Positions 18,705-29,395 of a stretch of DNA of 64,000 nt are shown piece after piece. The number at the start of each line of letters is the position of its first letter. Position 1 is the stretch's first letter. Under the pieces are notes generated by a model. The model searched no databases. It saw nothing but the letters and a program-made list of their open reading frames with translations, and had not been told where the DNA came from. Origin of the DNA: a virus (Duplodnaviria > Caudoviricetes); the IMG/VR virus record IMGVR_UViG_3300011008_000999, one strand, 5' to 3'. Made by a program: the position numbers and the translations under genes.

Positions 18705-19400
18705 TTAATCTCGTTTTGATGACTTACTATTGCCAAGAATCTGAAGGATCTTTAAGAAGAGATTGATAATGTCAAGATAAATATCTACTGCACTATCAAC
18801 TGCATTGTCTAAAGTCTTCGGATATTCCTGAGCTTTCCAGTAGTCATAACCAATATATAAAGTAAAGATCACTGCACCAATCCATGCAAAGGCAGTCTGT
18901 GCCCAAGGGAATAAGAACAACGAAAGAATTTCTGCTATAATTAAACCTATAAGTGCTCCAAGTAACAATCCGCCTAACTTCGAGAAGAACTCAGGGAAAG
19001 CAATTGATAGAGCAATCATTGCAGCAGTAATTACCGCTGTAAGTACTATTGCCTGGAATACAAGATCAGCATCGCCATTCTTAACATAAGACTTAACTAC
19101 AACTCCAACTACTAGTCCAACCGGTACAACTACTAAGTTATATCCAATGAAACTAATCAATGGATTTGTAGACTTAGCTGACATTATAATACCAGTAATA
19201 GCACACGCAAAATATCCAATAAAGAATATAATTGGATTGATCTGCTGTGCAGCATCACCAAAGATAAAATACATCAATACGTTCATTAGTAGTCCATAAA
19301 GTACTGAACCACCGAGTGCAAAGTTATAAGTTCTATCACTTAAAATAGTACCTTCCATTGCATGTAATCTTGCTTCTTTTCTATCACTTGACCAACTCAT
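18705..19400 (-). CDS. Bax inhibitor-1/YccA family membrane protein
   Basis: 7 TM; YIGYD...AVDIYLDIINLFLKILQI. Confidence 0.88.
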   Translation of the reverse strand: MSWSSDRKEARLHAMEGTILSDRTYNFALGGSVLYGLLMNVLMYFIFGDAAQQINPIIFFIGYFACAITGIIMSAKSTNPLISFIGYNLVVVPVGLVVGVVVKSYVKNGDADLVFQAIVLTAVITAAMIALSIAFPEFFSKLGGLLLGALIGLIIAEILSLFLFPWAQTAFAWIGAVIFTLYIGYDYWKAQEYPKTLDNAVDSAVDIYLDIINLFLKILQILGNSKSSKRD

Positions 19401-19412
19401 ATTTATTCTCCT

Positions 19413-20348
19413 TTATACTATAGTACGTCTAAACTTAGAATTTAAGAAGAAATCCTGTCGTTCAGACCAATTATCATCAGTTGTATCTGCAAGAAGATCA
19501 GAAAATCTTCTAAGTTTTGCATCAGTATCATCAGCAAAGCTAAGTGCTGTTGCTTCAATAAGTGCAGGAACCTTAGGTGAACCATATTCAAGACCACCGT
19601 GATGTGCTAAGATACAGTGCTTAACTTCATTTGCAAGAACTTTAGGAAATCCGTCAATCTTACGAACCTGAATATCAACCATCTCAGCACCCATATAGAT
19701 ATGACCGAGAAGATTACCTTCATCTGTGTAGTCATTCTCAGGGAATGCTGCAATTTCCTTGATCTTACCAATATCATGAAGTACTGCTACAGTAATAAGT
19801 AGATCTCTATTAATTGTAGGATAGTTATTAGCAAGAGTATCGCAAATCTTAGCAACTGAAAGTGAATGATCTAATAGACCACCAACATACGCATGATGTA
19901 CCGTCTTTGCTGCAGAATTTGCCTTAAATCTTGATGCAATCTTTTCATTATCAAAGAATGCATGAAGTAGTTTACTAAGATACTCATTCTGAACTGAGTT
20001 AACAAGATCCATAAACTCTATCCACATTTCTTCTACAGGTCTAGGTGCCTTAGGACAAAAATCATCAATATTTACTGTTGAAGGATCTACTTTATCAAGG
20101 TTTGTAATATTGATCTGAAGTGCACCTTTATAAGAAGCGACTGTGCCAGAAACCTTAATAAAATCCTTTGCTTCAAACTGATCTATATATTCATTGATCT
20201 CCCACACTCTACCAGGAAGAGATCCGCTTCCATCTTGCAAAGTAAGAGCATAATACTCACCTTTTACTGATGTAGCAGATGATTTACTTGTACAATATAG
20301 AATCATATTCTGAATTGAATTACCTTCAGCTAATTCTTTAATCTTCAT
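19413..20348 (-). CDS. yhaM: YhaM/Cbf1-like 3'-5' exoribonuclease (OB + HD)
   Basis: LTLQDGSG OB fold; AAKTVHHAYVGGLLDHS, LHDIGK, LLGHI, HCILAHHG. Confidence 0.88.
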   Translation of the reverse strand: MKIKELAEGNSIQNMILYCTSKSSATSVKGEYYALTLQDGSGSLPGRVWEINEYIDQFEAKDFIKVSGTVASYKGALQINITNLDKVDPSTVNIDDFCPKAPRPVEEMWIEFMDLVNSVQNEYLSKLLHAFFDNEKIASRFKANSAAKTVHHAYVGGLLDHSLSVAKICDTLANNYPTINRDLLITVAVLHDIGKIKEIAAFPENDYTDEGNLLGHIYMGAEMVDIQVRKIDGFPKVLANEVKHCILAHHGGLEYGSPKVPALIEATALSFADDTDAKLRRFSDLLADTTDDNWSERQDFFLNSKFRRTIV

Positions 20349-20360
20349 CTTCTTCTCTCC

Positions 20361-20687
20361 TTATCTATTCATATGAACGGATCCGACAGCGTCTACATGA
20401 CCGCCTACATTTCCGCATCTTACTGAACCAACTGCGTCTACACTTCCACGTACATCTCCACAGGTTACTGACCCTTTAGAAACTACATTACCGTCTACGT
20501 TACCAGAAATTGTAGCATTACCACCACAGTTAAGTGATCCAACATTTCCAGTAATTTCGATCTTAGGCGTGTTAGAATCATACGATGCTACTGAATTACC
20601 ATTTACGATTACAGAGTTATTGTTTATGTTGATGCTCGCTCCGTCAGGTATTTCAATAGTATTCCCGTTGATATTTACAGTTATCAT
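20361..20687 (-). CDS. Small beta-helix (bactofilin-like) repeat protein
   Basis: Repeats of GNV.G.V...GSV.CG. Confidence 0.5.
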   Translation of the reverse strand: MITVNINGNTIEIPDGASININNNSVIVNGNSVASYDSNTPKIEITGNVGSLNCGGNATISGNVDGNVVSKGSVTCGDVRGSVDAVGSVRCGNVGGHVDAVGSVHMNR

Positions 20688-20688
20688 A

Positions 20689-21126
20689 TTACTTCTCCCT
20701 TTTCTTATATGTTCTTACAACTGTTGCATGATAACCAGCATTCAGTACGTCTTCATACTTAAATACATCATCTCTTGTTACTGGAGATTCAATAATTTCA
20801 AAGTAATCTGCTTCTTTAATAGATTTCTCAGGAAGCTGCGCAAGTACTTCATGAATAGAAGGCTTAAATAATCCATAATAACCATATCCATGAAGACATA
20901 TAAAATCTTCAACTACTTCCAGATCTTCCTTATGCACAATGTTTCTCTTATCAGTATCTCTATCCCAAATATATGACTGATCTGACAAAGCCGAAAAACT
21001 GAACTCCTTCATATCATAAGTGATTCCATCGATCATAATGATTGGCTTAGTTTTTGCATATCTTTTCTTAAGTTCGTCATCTTTAAGAAAATGAATATCC
21101 AATTCCCTATCAATATTTACATACAT
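20689..21126 (-). CDS. Hypothetical protein
   Basis: ORF in operon; H.YGYYGLFKPS..EV motif. Confidence 0.6.
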   Translation of the reverse strand: MYVNIDRELDIHFLKDDELKKRYAKTKPIIMIDGITYDMKEFSFSALSDQSYIWDRDTDKRNIVHKEDLEVVEDFICLHGYGYYGLFKPSIHEVLAQLPEKSIKEADYFEIIESPVTRDDVFKYEDVLNAGYHATVVRTYKKREK

Positions 21127-21162
21127 AGGTCCATAAAGTTTAAGTTCTATATCTTCTCCTTT

Positions 21163-21684
21163 TTACTTATCTTTATTAGTATCTATTTCATAAAGCCAAT
21201 CATATAAGTGAACACCTATATTATTAGCTACGTACAACTTACGTTCAAATCTATCAGTAATATGGTCAGGAATAGTTAAACTATATGTTTGATTATTGTC
21301 ACCAAAACTAATAGAAAAATATATATTCTTTTTATCTGTTACGTTATTAGGATCAATTCGATCAAGAACTCCAGTAACGCCTATTCCAATATATGTATCA
21401 TAAGCTAATCTACATTCCCATGCCATACTAATAGCAGTTTCAGTAGAATATACTCCGTATGTGTCTATAACATCTGCAGATACACCTTGTTTGATCTTAG
21501 CTTCATTACTATATGTAACAAATGCTCCTTTCATAATAGCAGAAGCTCCAGGTTCATTAGTAATCATTGTGGCAACTAAACCAGATGTGCAGCTTTCCAT
21601 TGTAGAAATACTATAATTATGTTTAATAAGTAGTTTAGTTATATTTGACCAAATCTTTTTGGTGGAGTCATATAAGTTATTCAT
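21163..21684 (-). CDS. CinA/PncC-like NMN amidohydrolase
   Basis: STMESCTSGL, PGAS, VTYSNEAK, GVYS.ETA..MA, IGVTG. Confidence 0.88.
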   Translation of the reverse strand: MNNLYDSTKKIWSNITKLLIKHNYSISTMESCTSGLVATMITNEPGASAIMKGAFVTYSNEAKIKQGVSADVIDTYGVYSTETAISMAWECRLAYDTYIGIGVTGVLDRIDPNNVTDKKNIYFSISFGDNNQTYSLTIPDHITDRFERKLYVANNIGVHLYDWLYEIDTNKDK

Positions 21685-21695
21685 AAAATATCTCC

Positions 21696-22322
21696 TTAAT
21701 TACTACTATCTGCTTGATAATCTGATACATAAGAGGCAATTATCATAAGTATAGCTTCATCAGAACACATAGAATTTTCGTATATAGTTACAGTGTAGTC
21801 ATTAACTGCAAAATTTTTACTATATTCTGCTACCATAACACCTTTAGTATCTACAATAGATCCGCTAGTACAAAACGAGTTAAATGATGCAGAACCAACT
21901 TTTATTCCATCTACATTATATAATTCATAACTATTACCAAATACTTCAAAGTTACCAACTACATCAATTTCAGCTTTTCCATTGATAACTATTGCATGGT
22001 CGTCTTGGTTAACAATATGATATGTATCATCTGCTTTACCGATAACATCACCATTCTTTGAAAGAGTAAGTGGATCAGTTACAAGTCTCCAGAAATTACC
22101 TTCAACAGTATATTCAGCATCGTCTTTATTAAAAGTAATCTTAGTCTTAAATGACATAGTGTGGTAATCACATTCGTATTTTCTACTAGGACTACTAGGA
22201 CGAGAACTACTTACACGACTACTGTGTGAAATACTTGTAACTACAGATATAATAAAAATAATAATTACAATTACACATACAGTAATCTGAAACTTATCTG
22301 CAAAATTATCTTTAATCTTCAT
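21696..22322 (-). CDS. Membrane-anchored LURP-one/scramblase-like beta protein
   Basis: N-terminal TM, repeated beta pattern, C-terminal DYTVTI...ILMIIASY helix. Confidence 0.45.
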   Translation of the reverse strand: MKIKDNFADKFQITVCVIVIIIFIISVVTSISHSSRVSSSRPSSPSRKYECDYHTMSFKTKITFNKDDAEYTVEGNFWRLVTDPLTLSKNGDVIGKADDTYHIVNQDDHAIVINGKAEIDVVGNFEVFGNSYELYNVDGIKVGSASFNSFCTSGSIVDTKGVMVAEYSKNFAVNDYTVTIYENSMCSDEAILMIIASYVSDYQADSSN

Positions 22323-22349
22323 TATAATATACCTCCATATTATGGATAT

Positions 22350-22382
22350 ATTATAACAAGATTTTATAAAGATGTAAATAGT
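22350..22382 (-). promoter_or_regulatory. Conserved promoter ACTATTTACA-N17-TATAAT
   Basis: Consensus motif. Confidence 0.85.
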
Positions 22383-22384
22383 TT

Positions 22385-22711
22385 TTATCTAAGCTTTTTA
22401 ATTGGTTTCCATTTCTCTCCAACTTCGCCTTTAATACAACCACAATAGATAGGTAGTTCTTTATTGATAAGATCTGCATATCTTAAAGCTGTAGTTTCGA
22501 CTTTATCATTTGTCTCAAAGTCACCTTGATAAAAATAGATTCCAGACTCATCTACATAGCCTCGAATCGTTTCATTAAATGTATTAACACTCATATCTAA
22601 CTGACCTATTAACCAATCAGCATGACTAAATCCTAATGGACCATACCTTAATGAATCATTTATAATTGCAAAAATAGTTCTACTATTATGGTAAATTTGT
22701 TCCTTAGTCAT
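22385..22711 (-). CDS. Hypothetical protein
   Basis: ORF coupled to upstream gene. Confidence 0.6.
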   Translation of the reverse strand: MTKEQIYHNSRTIFAIINDSLRYGPLGFSHADWLIGQLDMSVNTFNETIRGYVDESGIYFYQGDFETNDKVETTALRYADLINKELPIYCGCIKGEVGEKWKPIKKLR

Positions 22712-23165
22712 GCTTCTTTTCCTCTTTAAGTCTTTCTCGAATCTTAGTTAGTCGTGATGTAAATTCTTTTGTAGTGAGAACTGTTTCAGACATTTTCTTT
22801 TTACCTTTACTATGTGTAAGAGTAGCATCTCCAGTAGCAAGTAAAGCTTTTTTAAAACCTTCATTCTTAGCTAGCTGATTATATGCTTTATCAAGAAGTT
22901 TCTGATATTCCTCACTATCTCGTTTATACGCTTTGCCTTTCCAATATAAAGTTTGTTTTTGTCGCCAATTTTTACTAGCGCCTTTAGATTTAGCTGCTTT
23001 ACCAACCAACTTACAGACTTCCACTTGCATTTCAGGACTATTAAATTTTAGTGATTGTAAGAATCCTTCCATTGAAGCACATTCTATACCATCTACAACA
23101 AATCCATGTGGTGCAAAGTTTGAAAGTGTTCCAGCTGGATAGCCGTTTCCACTTCCTATATCCAT
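22704..23165 (-). CDS. Phage-type NADAR protein (T4 gp30.3-like)
   Basis: YPAGTLSNFAPH.FVVDG..CASMEGFLQSLK, QTLYWKG, ALLATG...LTHS. Confidence 0.82.
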   Translation of the reverse strand: MDIGSGNGYPAGTLSNFAPHGFVVDGIECASMEGFLQSLKFNSPEMQVEVCKLVGKAAKSKGASKNWRQKQTLYWKGKAYKRDSEEYQKLLDKAYNQLAKNEGFKKALLATGDATLTHSKGKKKMSETVLTTKEFTSRLTKIRERLKEEKKHD

Positions 23166-23340
23166 TAGTCATTCTCCTTTATTTCTGTAGTACATTCAAA
23201 GGTATATTCAAAATCTTTAGGATATGTTCCTTCTTTCTTCATTATCTGAATCTGATTATAACAAATAACAAGATCATGAAGAGAAACTTGTTCACCATTT
23301 TTAAGTTCAATCACATCATCTGAATGTGTATCATAATCAA

Positions 23341-24114
23341 TTAACATGAAATCTCCTTTGGCCATATAATGTAACAACCATGTTCTGTAGCATTCATAAG
23401 ATAAGTATTGTCTGAATCATATACTTGAACAGTTAAATTCATCATATTGATAAATTTCTGGAATGTTTCATCATCCACTTCATTTAAGTCTCTAAAACCA
23501 AATCTTAGATCCATATCCACAGGATAGAGATATACAGTATTAAATACATTAAGCATAAACTCTAAATCCCATTCAGTTTCAAATACAAATGGTGAGTCTG
23601 GTCTAGGCTTAGCATAATCTTCAGGTAAAGCTTTATCCTGGAGAAGTCTCTGCATAGTATCATGCCAAGCAGATAGCCAATCTATAATGACACATTTAGG
23701 ATTAATCTTCTTAATGTTATTGATAATCTTACCACGATCATTATGTTCAGTATGATACCAAGCACCTTCAATTATAACAAGATCTGCACCACTCCAATAT
23801 TCTTCAGGAAGTTTATCTGTACAATCCCAAACTCTTTTATGTAAGTTAGGATAATCATTCAACTGTTCTACATGCTTAGGAATAATGTCAGATGCGTAGA
23901 TCTCTATATCAGGATAATTTTCGCATAACCAATTAGTATGAACGCCTGTACCGCATGCAATCTGGATTATTTTCTTAGGTTTAACATGTGAAATAGTATA
24001 TTTGTATAGAAATCTCTTTCTGTACAATTCTACTTTATGCCTATTATCATTTCCAGATAAACGCGCACTCTCATCAAAATTGTTATTGTAAAATTCATTT
24101 ACGTTCATCTTCAT
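23341..24114 (-). CDS. Class I SAM-dependent methyltransferase
   Basis: IIQIACGTG, YASDI, VWDC. Confidence 0.8.
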   Translation of the reverse strand: MKMNVNEFYNNNFDESARLSGNDNRHKVELYRKRFLYKYTISHVKPKKIIQIACGTGVHTNWLCENYPDIEIYASDIIPKHVEQLNDYPNLHKRVWDCTDKLPEEYWSGADLVIIEGAWYHTEHNDRGKIINNIKKINPKCVIIDWLSAWHDTMQRLLQDKALPEDYAKPRPDSPFVFETEWDLEFMLNVFNTVYLYPVDMDLRFGFRDLNEVDDETFQKFINMMNLTVQVYDSDNTYLMNATEHGCYIIWPKEISC

Positions 24115-24883
24115 ATCCTTCTACCAATAAGTTATTGTCTGTAATAACGCCATTTGTCCAGTAATTAGAAGAACTAATACTTTCTTTCTTAAATACTGTT
24201 TCCCATACAGATACTGGAAGTCCATCTACATCATAGATAATAGACTCATTGAAGTTACCTTTTACAGGAAATGATTTAAGCTTACTTACTACGTCATTGA
24301 AAGCATCTATATCTAACTGAATATCAGCGTCATCATAATACTTATAACACTGTCTTAGCTGTACATATCTAAGATTAAAAGATTTAAGTTGATGAAGCAT
24401 GTCAAATATTTCAGTCTTATTGTATCTATTAACTACTATACTAACTCGTACATTTGGATTAGTAAGCTGATTTAGGTTTTTAAGAAAATCAAAAGTAAGA
24501 GGAACTCCAGTTATTTTTTCAAAAGTATTAGGATTAAGTGACTGTAGAGATAAAGAAATCTCTTCCTTACATTTATCGTAAACTAAAAGATCCTTAGACG
24601 CATTTGTTCTAATACCTACCTTAAAACCTACATCTTGTAGAAAATCAATTAGTTCAGACAAATATTTATATAGAAGAGGTTCACTGTTTGTAGAAGATAA
24701 GTAGATAGTCTGTACACTATTATTTCTTAATTTATACAGCCATTTACCAAAATTAGGCCACTCCTGAAAATGTATATCTAATGTATTACACTTAGTAGAC
24801 TCATGCATCTCATGACCTAAACAGTAAAAACATTTGAAGTTGCACGGTCCTACAAATAATATCTCGCCATAATCTATTCTCAT
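24095..24883 (-). CDS. Radical SAM protein
   Basis: CNFKCFYC, EPLLY, GIRTN. Confidence 0.88.
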   Translation of the reverse strand: MRIDYGEILFVGPCNFKCFYCLGHEMHESTKCNTLDIHFQEWPNFGKWLYKLRNNSVQTIYLSSTNSEPLLYKYLSELIDFLQDVGFKVGIRTNASKDLLVYDKCKEEISLSLQSLNPNTFEKITGVPLTFDFLKNLNQLTNPNVRVSIVVNRYNKTEIFDMLHQLKSFNLRYVQLRQCYKYYDDADIQLDIDAFNDVVSKLKSFPVKGNFNESIIYDVDGLPVSVWETVFKKESISSSNYWTNGVITDNNLLVEGYEDERK

Positions 24884-25347
24884 ACATCTATACCCTCAAC
24901 TCTTTTATACTGATGTCTTTTTCTAGGTTGATTGCTAGTCCAACTTTTTTCTTTACGTAATTGTTTTACTGTATTTCCCCAATTAGTTCTAATTTCTTTT
25001 TTAGCACATCCACAAGATACAATATTTCCATTTAATAAATTATGCATTGGTGCACCTACAAATTTTCCGCAATCACATCTGCATAGCCATACAACATATC
25101 CATAGTATCGTTGTTTAGTAGGTTCTAAGACAGTTAATCGTCCAAATTTTTTATTAGACAAATCTACCATTTTATTATGTTTATTACATCCACAAGATTT
25201 AGATATTCCATGTTTCAGATTACCTGTAGATACAATAGAGATTTTACCGCATTCACATTGACAAACCCATTTACCTACGTCAGGTGCTGGAGCTAATACT
25301 GTCCATTTTCCAAATTTTTTATTAGTTAAATCTTCTTTTTTATTCAT
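24880..25347 (-). CDS. Zinc-binding repeat protein of the HNH/AP2 endonuclease-associated type, no nuclease domain visible
   Basis: Two DL..KKFG.(W/L)TVL...W.C.C.CG...SCGC repeats. Confidence 0.7.
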   Translation of the reverse strand: MNKKEDLTNKKFGKWTVLAPAPDVGKWVCQCECGKISIVSTGNLKHGISKSCGCNKHNKMVDLSNKKFGRLTVLEPTKQRYYGYVVWLCRCDCGKFVGAPMHNLLNGNIVSCGCAKKEIRTNWGNTVKQLRKEKSWTSNQPRKRHQYKRVEGIDV

Positions 25348-26264
25348 TAACTTGCCCTCATCGATCTAAGAATACGATCACAAATAACTTTGTCTTTTTC
25401 AAACTGTTCCATAATAATATTAGCATGTTTATCACTAAGTTCATGATATTTGTCTTCAAACTGTTTATAGACACCAGTAAACTTAACACCTTCATCATAA
25501 GCTTCCTGGCTAATTGTTTCTAAGATTCCAAAAAATCTAGAAAATTCCATCATGAAAGTTGAGCTGTATACATTAAGTTTTTCAAGTTCTGCGAGTTTCT
25601 TTGAAATAAAAGCTTCACTTACCATAATACTCTCCTAACTGATCTTCAAATTCATCAACCTGACGCTGTTCCTTTGGTGCATAATCTACTGCTGGACCGT
25701 ATGCACCATTATGTCTATATGATGCATGACCATGTTTAGCTTTAGTCTTTTTAGCCGTACCTGCATTAGTGTATTTATTCATTTCATTGTTATTTCTAAG
25801 CTGACCTTCACAAATATCACCACGTTCAATAGGTGATAATGCACAGTCTGAAATACTTTTTGGTTTAAACACACATGTATTTATATTATATTGTTCTTAC
25901 AAAATGGACAAGGTTTTATCTGCATACTTTATACTCTCACATACTGATGTTTATTAGCAACATACTTAGCGTCGATCTTAGAAGTAGAAAGCATAATACT
26001 AGTAAGTCCAGATCTTTCAGAATTCTCAGAAGATCTCTGCCAGAAAATATACTTCCAACCAGCATCGAAATACTTTCCTAAAAGAGCATCCATTATTTCA
26101 TTCTGATACTCACCGTCCAGCATTGCATACTCCCAAGGACAATCTCCGTGAAAGTCCTTAATAGACTGATCCGTCTCTTTAACAAGATCATCAATCTTTG
26201 CCTTATCAATACTGATCTGTTTTGCTTCACTAGGTGTAATCATAATTGTTATTCTCCCTTCTTT

Positions 26265-26735
26265 TTATGACCAATCACAAACAAGAATATCAATATTCGT
26301 ATCTGCAAATAGTCTCATTATAATTGTATGTACTTTATTCCAATCAAGACCATCGAGTCCACATCCAATCTTAGGAATAGCAAGTCTCATAAGTGCACGA
26401 CTTACCATATATTCTTTAAGCTCTATAAGACTCTGCTCAAGAGTTTCATAAGTCGGCTTATCATGTACATCATTTTTTGTAACAAGATTTACTACAGTCC
26501 ACTGACTACAACCAGAAGTAGATTCATCTTGCATAGGACATACTCGAATATATCCTTTACCTTCCCATACTCTATCAGGGTACAAGGTTTGAAGTGTACG
26601 TTTAACACCTCTAATTGTGAACTGCTTAGCAATTCCTGCACCCATCACAAAATCTGAAGATATACAATGTGCTAAAATATAACCGGTTCCAACAGTAAAT
26701 AAATCACGATGTTCTTCTTTATACTGCATATTCAA
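26265..26735 (-). CDS. Macrodomain ADP-ribose hydrolase (TARG1/Poa1-like)
   Basis: DLF...LAHCISSDFVMGAGIAKQF, NLVTK, LAIPKIGCGLDGLDW. Confidence 0.9.
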   Translation of the reverse strand: MNMQYKEEHRDLFTVGTGYILAHCISSDFVMGAGIAKQFTIRGVKRTLQTLYPDRVWEGKGYIRVCPMQDESTSGCSQWTVVNLVTKNDVHDKPTYETLEQSLIELKEYMVSRALMRLAIPKIGCGLDGLDWNKVHTIIMRLFADTNIDILVCDWS

Positions 26736-27135
26736 TTTCCTCTACTTTAATCCGATCTTTTACAATTACTACATAAGGAACTCCACCAGCAAGAGCAGTC
26801 CAAAGTTTTCTAGGAAGCTGGTATTTTAACCAACCTGCAGCTAAACCTAAAAGCATAAGTTGTTCCATAGTTTTATGATCTGCCTACTGATTACCAGACT
26901 TATCAACAGCCATCATAAGGAATGACCAGCCACCACCAATATCTTCCTTGAACTTATCATCAAGCTCATTAAGCATCATCTTGATAGTAAGTGAATAGTC
27001 GTTGATCTTTTTAGGTACGAATCCAACATTTGTCACGATTCCTCTAACTGGAATAAACTTAGTACCAGGTTCTGGTTCAGATTTGAATAGGCAATCTGTA
27101 AATACTTCATTTACCTTACTAGTAGTAAGTTCCAT
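26719..27135 (-). pseudogene. Hypothetical protein interrupted by in-frame TAG at 26884-26886
   Basis: Frame continues past TAG (…GGGWSFL…DKSGNQ*ADHKTMEQLMLLG…LPRKLWTALAGGVPY…) to TAA at 26719. Confidence 0.7.
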
Positions 27136-27137
27136 GA

Positions 27138-28412
27138 TTATTTCTCCTTCTTAGCAATTTCGATCATTCTATCAATAATATTTGACCAATCAGTAAATTC
27201 CTCAGTGGTACCATTATAAGAAAGTTTAATAGGTTTTGCACTGCGATCATAAAATTTTTCTCTTAAAATTTTATCTTTCTTTTCTTTTCTAAGTTCAGCT
27301 TCAGATCTTATTGTTCCCCAAGCACGATTACGCTTAAGGCTGTCTGTGATATCTTGTTCATACCAATCTGCACTTTGTACCCACTTAGGAAATTTATCTG
27401 AAGCATAAAGTTCTTCTACACATTTATTATAAGAAACTTTAGTTTTCTCAAGTATCTTTATAGTAGCCTCTTTATCATGTCTAAAGATAGCAAATGCAGT
27501 ATGAATGAAATGTTCTATAGAATAGTATCTATCAGTAGCATCATTCTTTTCTGCTATCATATAATCTACTAGATCTTTATAATATGTAGGAGTTTCTTCA
27601 AAGATCTGTTCGCCTTCCTGTCTAGATGGACATTTAGGTTTAAGGTAGTCATATGAAATATCTTCAACAATGTCTTTATAAACATCTGATATTTTTGGAT
27701 TCTTGCTTTTGTACAGACCTCCATATAATACATAGTCTGGACGAGTAAAGTCAAGGCTAATCGCCAATTGACTATCACATCCATAATAAGAATTATAACT
27801 ATGATTAAATGATACAATCTTAGAAAACATACCAAACATTATATCATTAGTAGTAAGAGTCTGATATTTATATCCAATCTTCCATTTAGTAGTTTTCTTT
27901 TTAGCTACATCTTTCTTTAGCTGCTCGTCTTTAAGAAGTTCCTGATAAGACGGCATATTCTCGTGCATTACGCCAAGCTGACCATTCTTACGAGCGAAGA
28001 ATACTTTCTCATCAGTTTTACCTTTATTCATAACGGTCTCAAGAATAAGATCGCAGAGAATATCTGCATTGATACCTACTGCAAAAGGTTTAATTCCTTT
28101 CTTTTCCATGAGACACATCCAGAAAGAAAGCTTTCCACCCTGCCAAGAATTTCCAGCAGCAGAAATAATCTGGAATGAAAAGTCCTTGTTGTCAGTTTCT
28201 ACAACTTCAGGTTTTCTATAAGACTTGGTCTTGTAGTCTTTACTCCATTCATAGCTTTCAGCCCATCTTACACCAGACTCAATTGCCTTCTTATTTTTTG
28301 TCTCAGCAACATAAGCCTTAGGATATTTCTTTCCGTTATGTGTCATATAGTCATTAGTTGAATATATGATAGAAATACCGCCAATCTGTTTCCATCCAGA
28401 ATATTTTTCCAT
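27138..28412 (-). CDS. Hypothetical protein
   Basis: 424-aa ORF with RBS. Confidence 0.75.
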   Translation of the reverse strand: MEKYSGWKQIGGISIIYSTNDYMTHNGKKYPKAYVAETKNKKAIESGVRWAESYEWSKDYKTKSYRKPEVVETDNKDFSFQIISAAGNSWQGGKLSFWMCLMEKKGIKPFAVGINADILCDLILETVMNKGKTDEKVFFARKNGQLGVMHENMPSYQELLKDEQLKKDVAKKKTTKWKIGYKYQTLTTNDIMFGMFSKIVSFNHSYNSYYGCDSQLAISLDFTRPDYVLYGGLYKSKNPKISDVYKDIVEDISYDYLKPKCPSRQEGEQIFEETPTYYKDLVDYMIAEKNDATDRYYSIEHFIHTAFAIFRHDKEATIKILEKTKVSYNKCVEELYASDKFPKWVQSADWYEQDITDSLKRNRAWGTIRSEAELRKEKKDKILREKFYDRSAKPIKLSYNGTTEEFTDWSNIIDRMIEIAKKEK

Positions 28413-28423
28413 GTCATGTCTCC

Positions 28424-29380
28424 TTAGATAAATTTCTCGATATCAGTCTTAAGTGACTTCCAATTAGGATGAGTGCTCTTCTGATGATCAAGTGTTTTGA
28501 TAATCTCCTGAATGCTTGATTTACCAAGATTCTTGATATAAGCAAGATCTACAGCATTTGCATTATAGAGATCATTAAGTGTCTTATATCCTGCTGCCTT
28601 AAGTGCGTTAGTAGTTCTAGCTGAGAAATTAAGATCATCAATAGGTTTATTAAATACTTGATTAACTGCAGCATTTACTGTAGCAGTAGTAAGATTAGGA
28701 TATTTAGATTCAATGTACTTATTGATCTCCTTAACATCAGGTACCATAGAAAGATATGTCTGAAGTTTAGCAAACTCAGTATAAGCAGCATCACATTCAG
28801 CTTTCTTATCTACTTTATACTGTTCAAACTCAGCAATCTTATCAATAAAATCTGAGTAAAAGATTTCAACTATAACTGACTGATCATGAAGCTTAGCAAT
28901 TGCAGCATTATCGATCTGCATTACTCTTACACGAGTAAGACCAAGACCTTTACCGATTGCTTCATAGCTCATAGGTTCAGAATCATATCCGATATGCTTA
29001 GTAACTACATCGTAGTACTTTTCAGTAAGAGTCTTTTTAACTGCTGACCAAAGCTTCTTCTCGTCATATTCAGGAAAGACAACTTTCTGTCCAGGCTGAA
29101 TATCGAAGATTCTCTTGAGTAGACGATCTGCAGGTGTGTCAAGTGCATCGATCAATCCAGTAAGATCTTCAGGATCGATATAACGAATACGACTCTTAAA
29201 ATACATTGCAAATGAAGACTGAAGTTCAGTATTGAGCGCCTGAGGTCTAAGTCCACATTCCTTTCCAATCTGTGCGAGAGTTATCTCATCATTTTCTGCT
29301 TTCTTTAAAAGGACAAGCAGCTTTTCAAGATTCTCTCTTGTTTCTGTAATTCTGTTCTTATTCTGAATACTTCTTGCCAT
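28424..29380 (-). CDS. Transcription factor fusing sigma70 region 4 and RNA polymerase alpha-CTD
   Basis: MSYEAIGKGLGLTRVRVMQIDNAAIAKL (sigma r4.2); PIDDLNFSARTTNALKAAGYKTLNDL..IKNLGKSSIQEI (alpha-CTD); extra N-terminal HTH. Confidence 0.85.
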   Translation of the reverse strand: MARSIQNKNRITETRENLEKLLVLLKKAENDEITLAQIGKECGLRPQALNTELQSSFAMYFKSRIRYIDPEDLTGLIDALDTPADRLLKRIFDIQPGQKVVFPEYDEKKLWSAVKKTLTEKYYDVVTKHIGYDSEPMSYEAIGKGLGLTRVRVMQIDNAAIAKLHDQSVIVEIFYSDFIDKIAEFEQYKVDKKAECDAAYTEFAKLQTYLSMVPDVKEINKYIESKYPNLTTATVNAAVNQVFNKPIDDLNFSARTTNALKAAGYKTLNDLYNANAVDLAYIKNLGKSSIQEIIKTLDHQKSTHPNWKSLKTDIEKFI

Positions 29381-29395
29381 AATAACTCTCCTTTG

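Noticed and set aside
26884-26886. Genome-wide TAG reassignment
   Set aside because: Several genes end cleanly at TAG right before the next RBS (e.g. 8358, 58364, 37933); this TAG is more simply a TGG-to-TAG change
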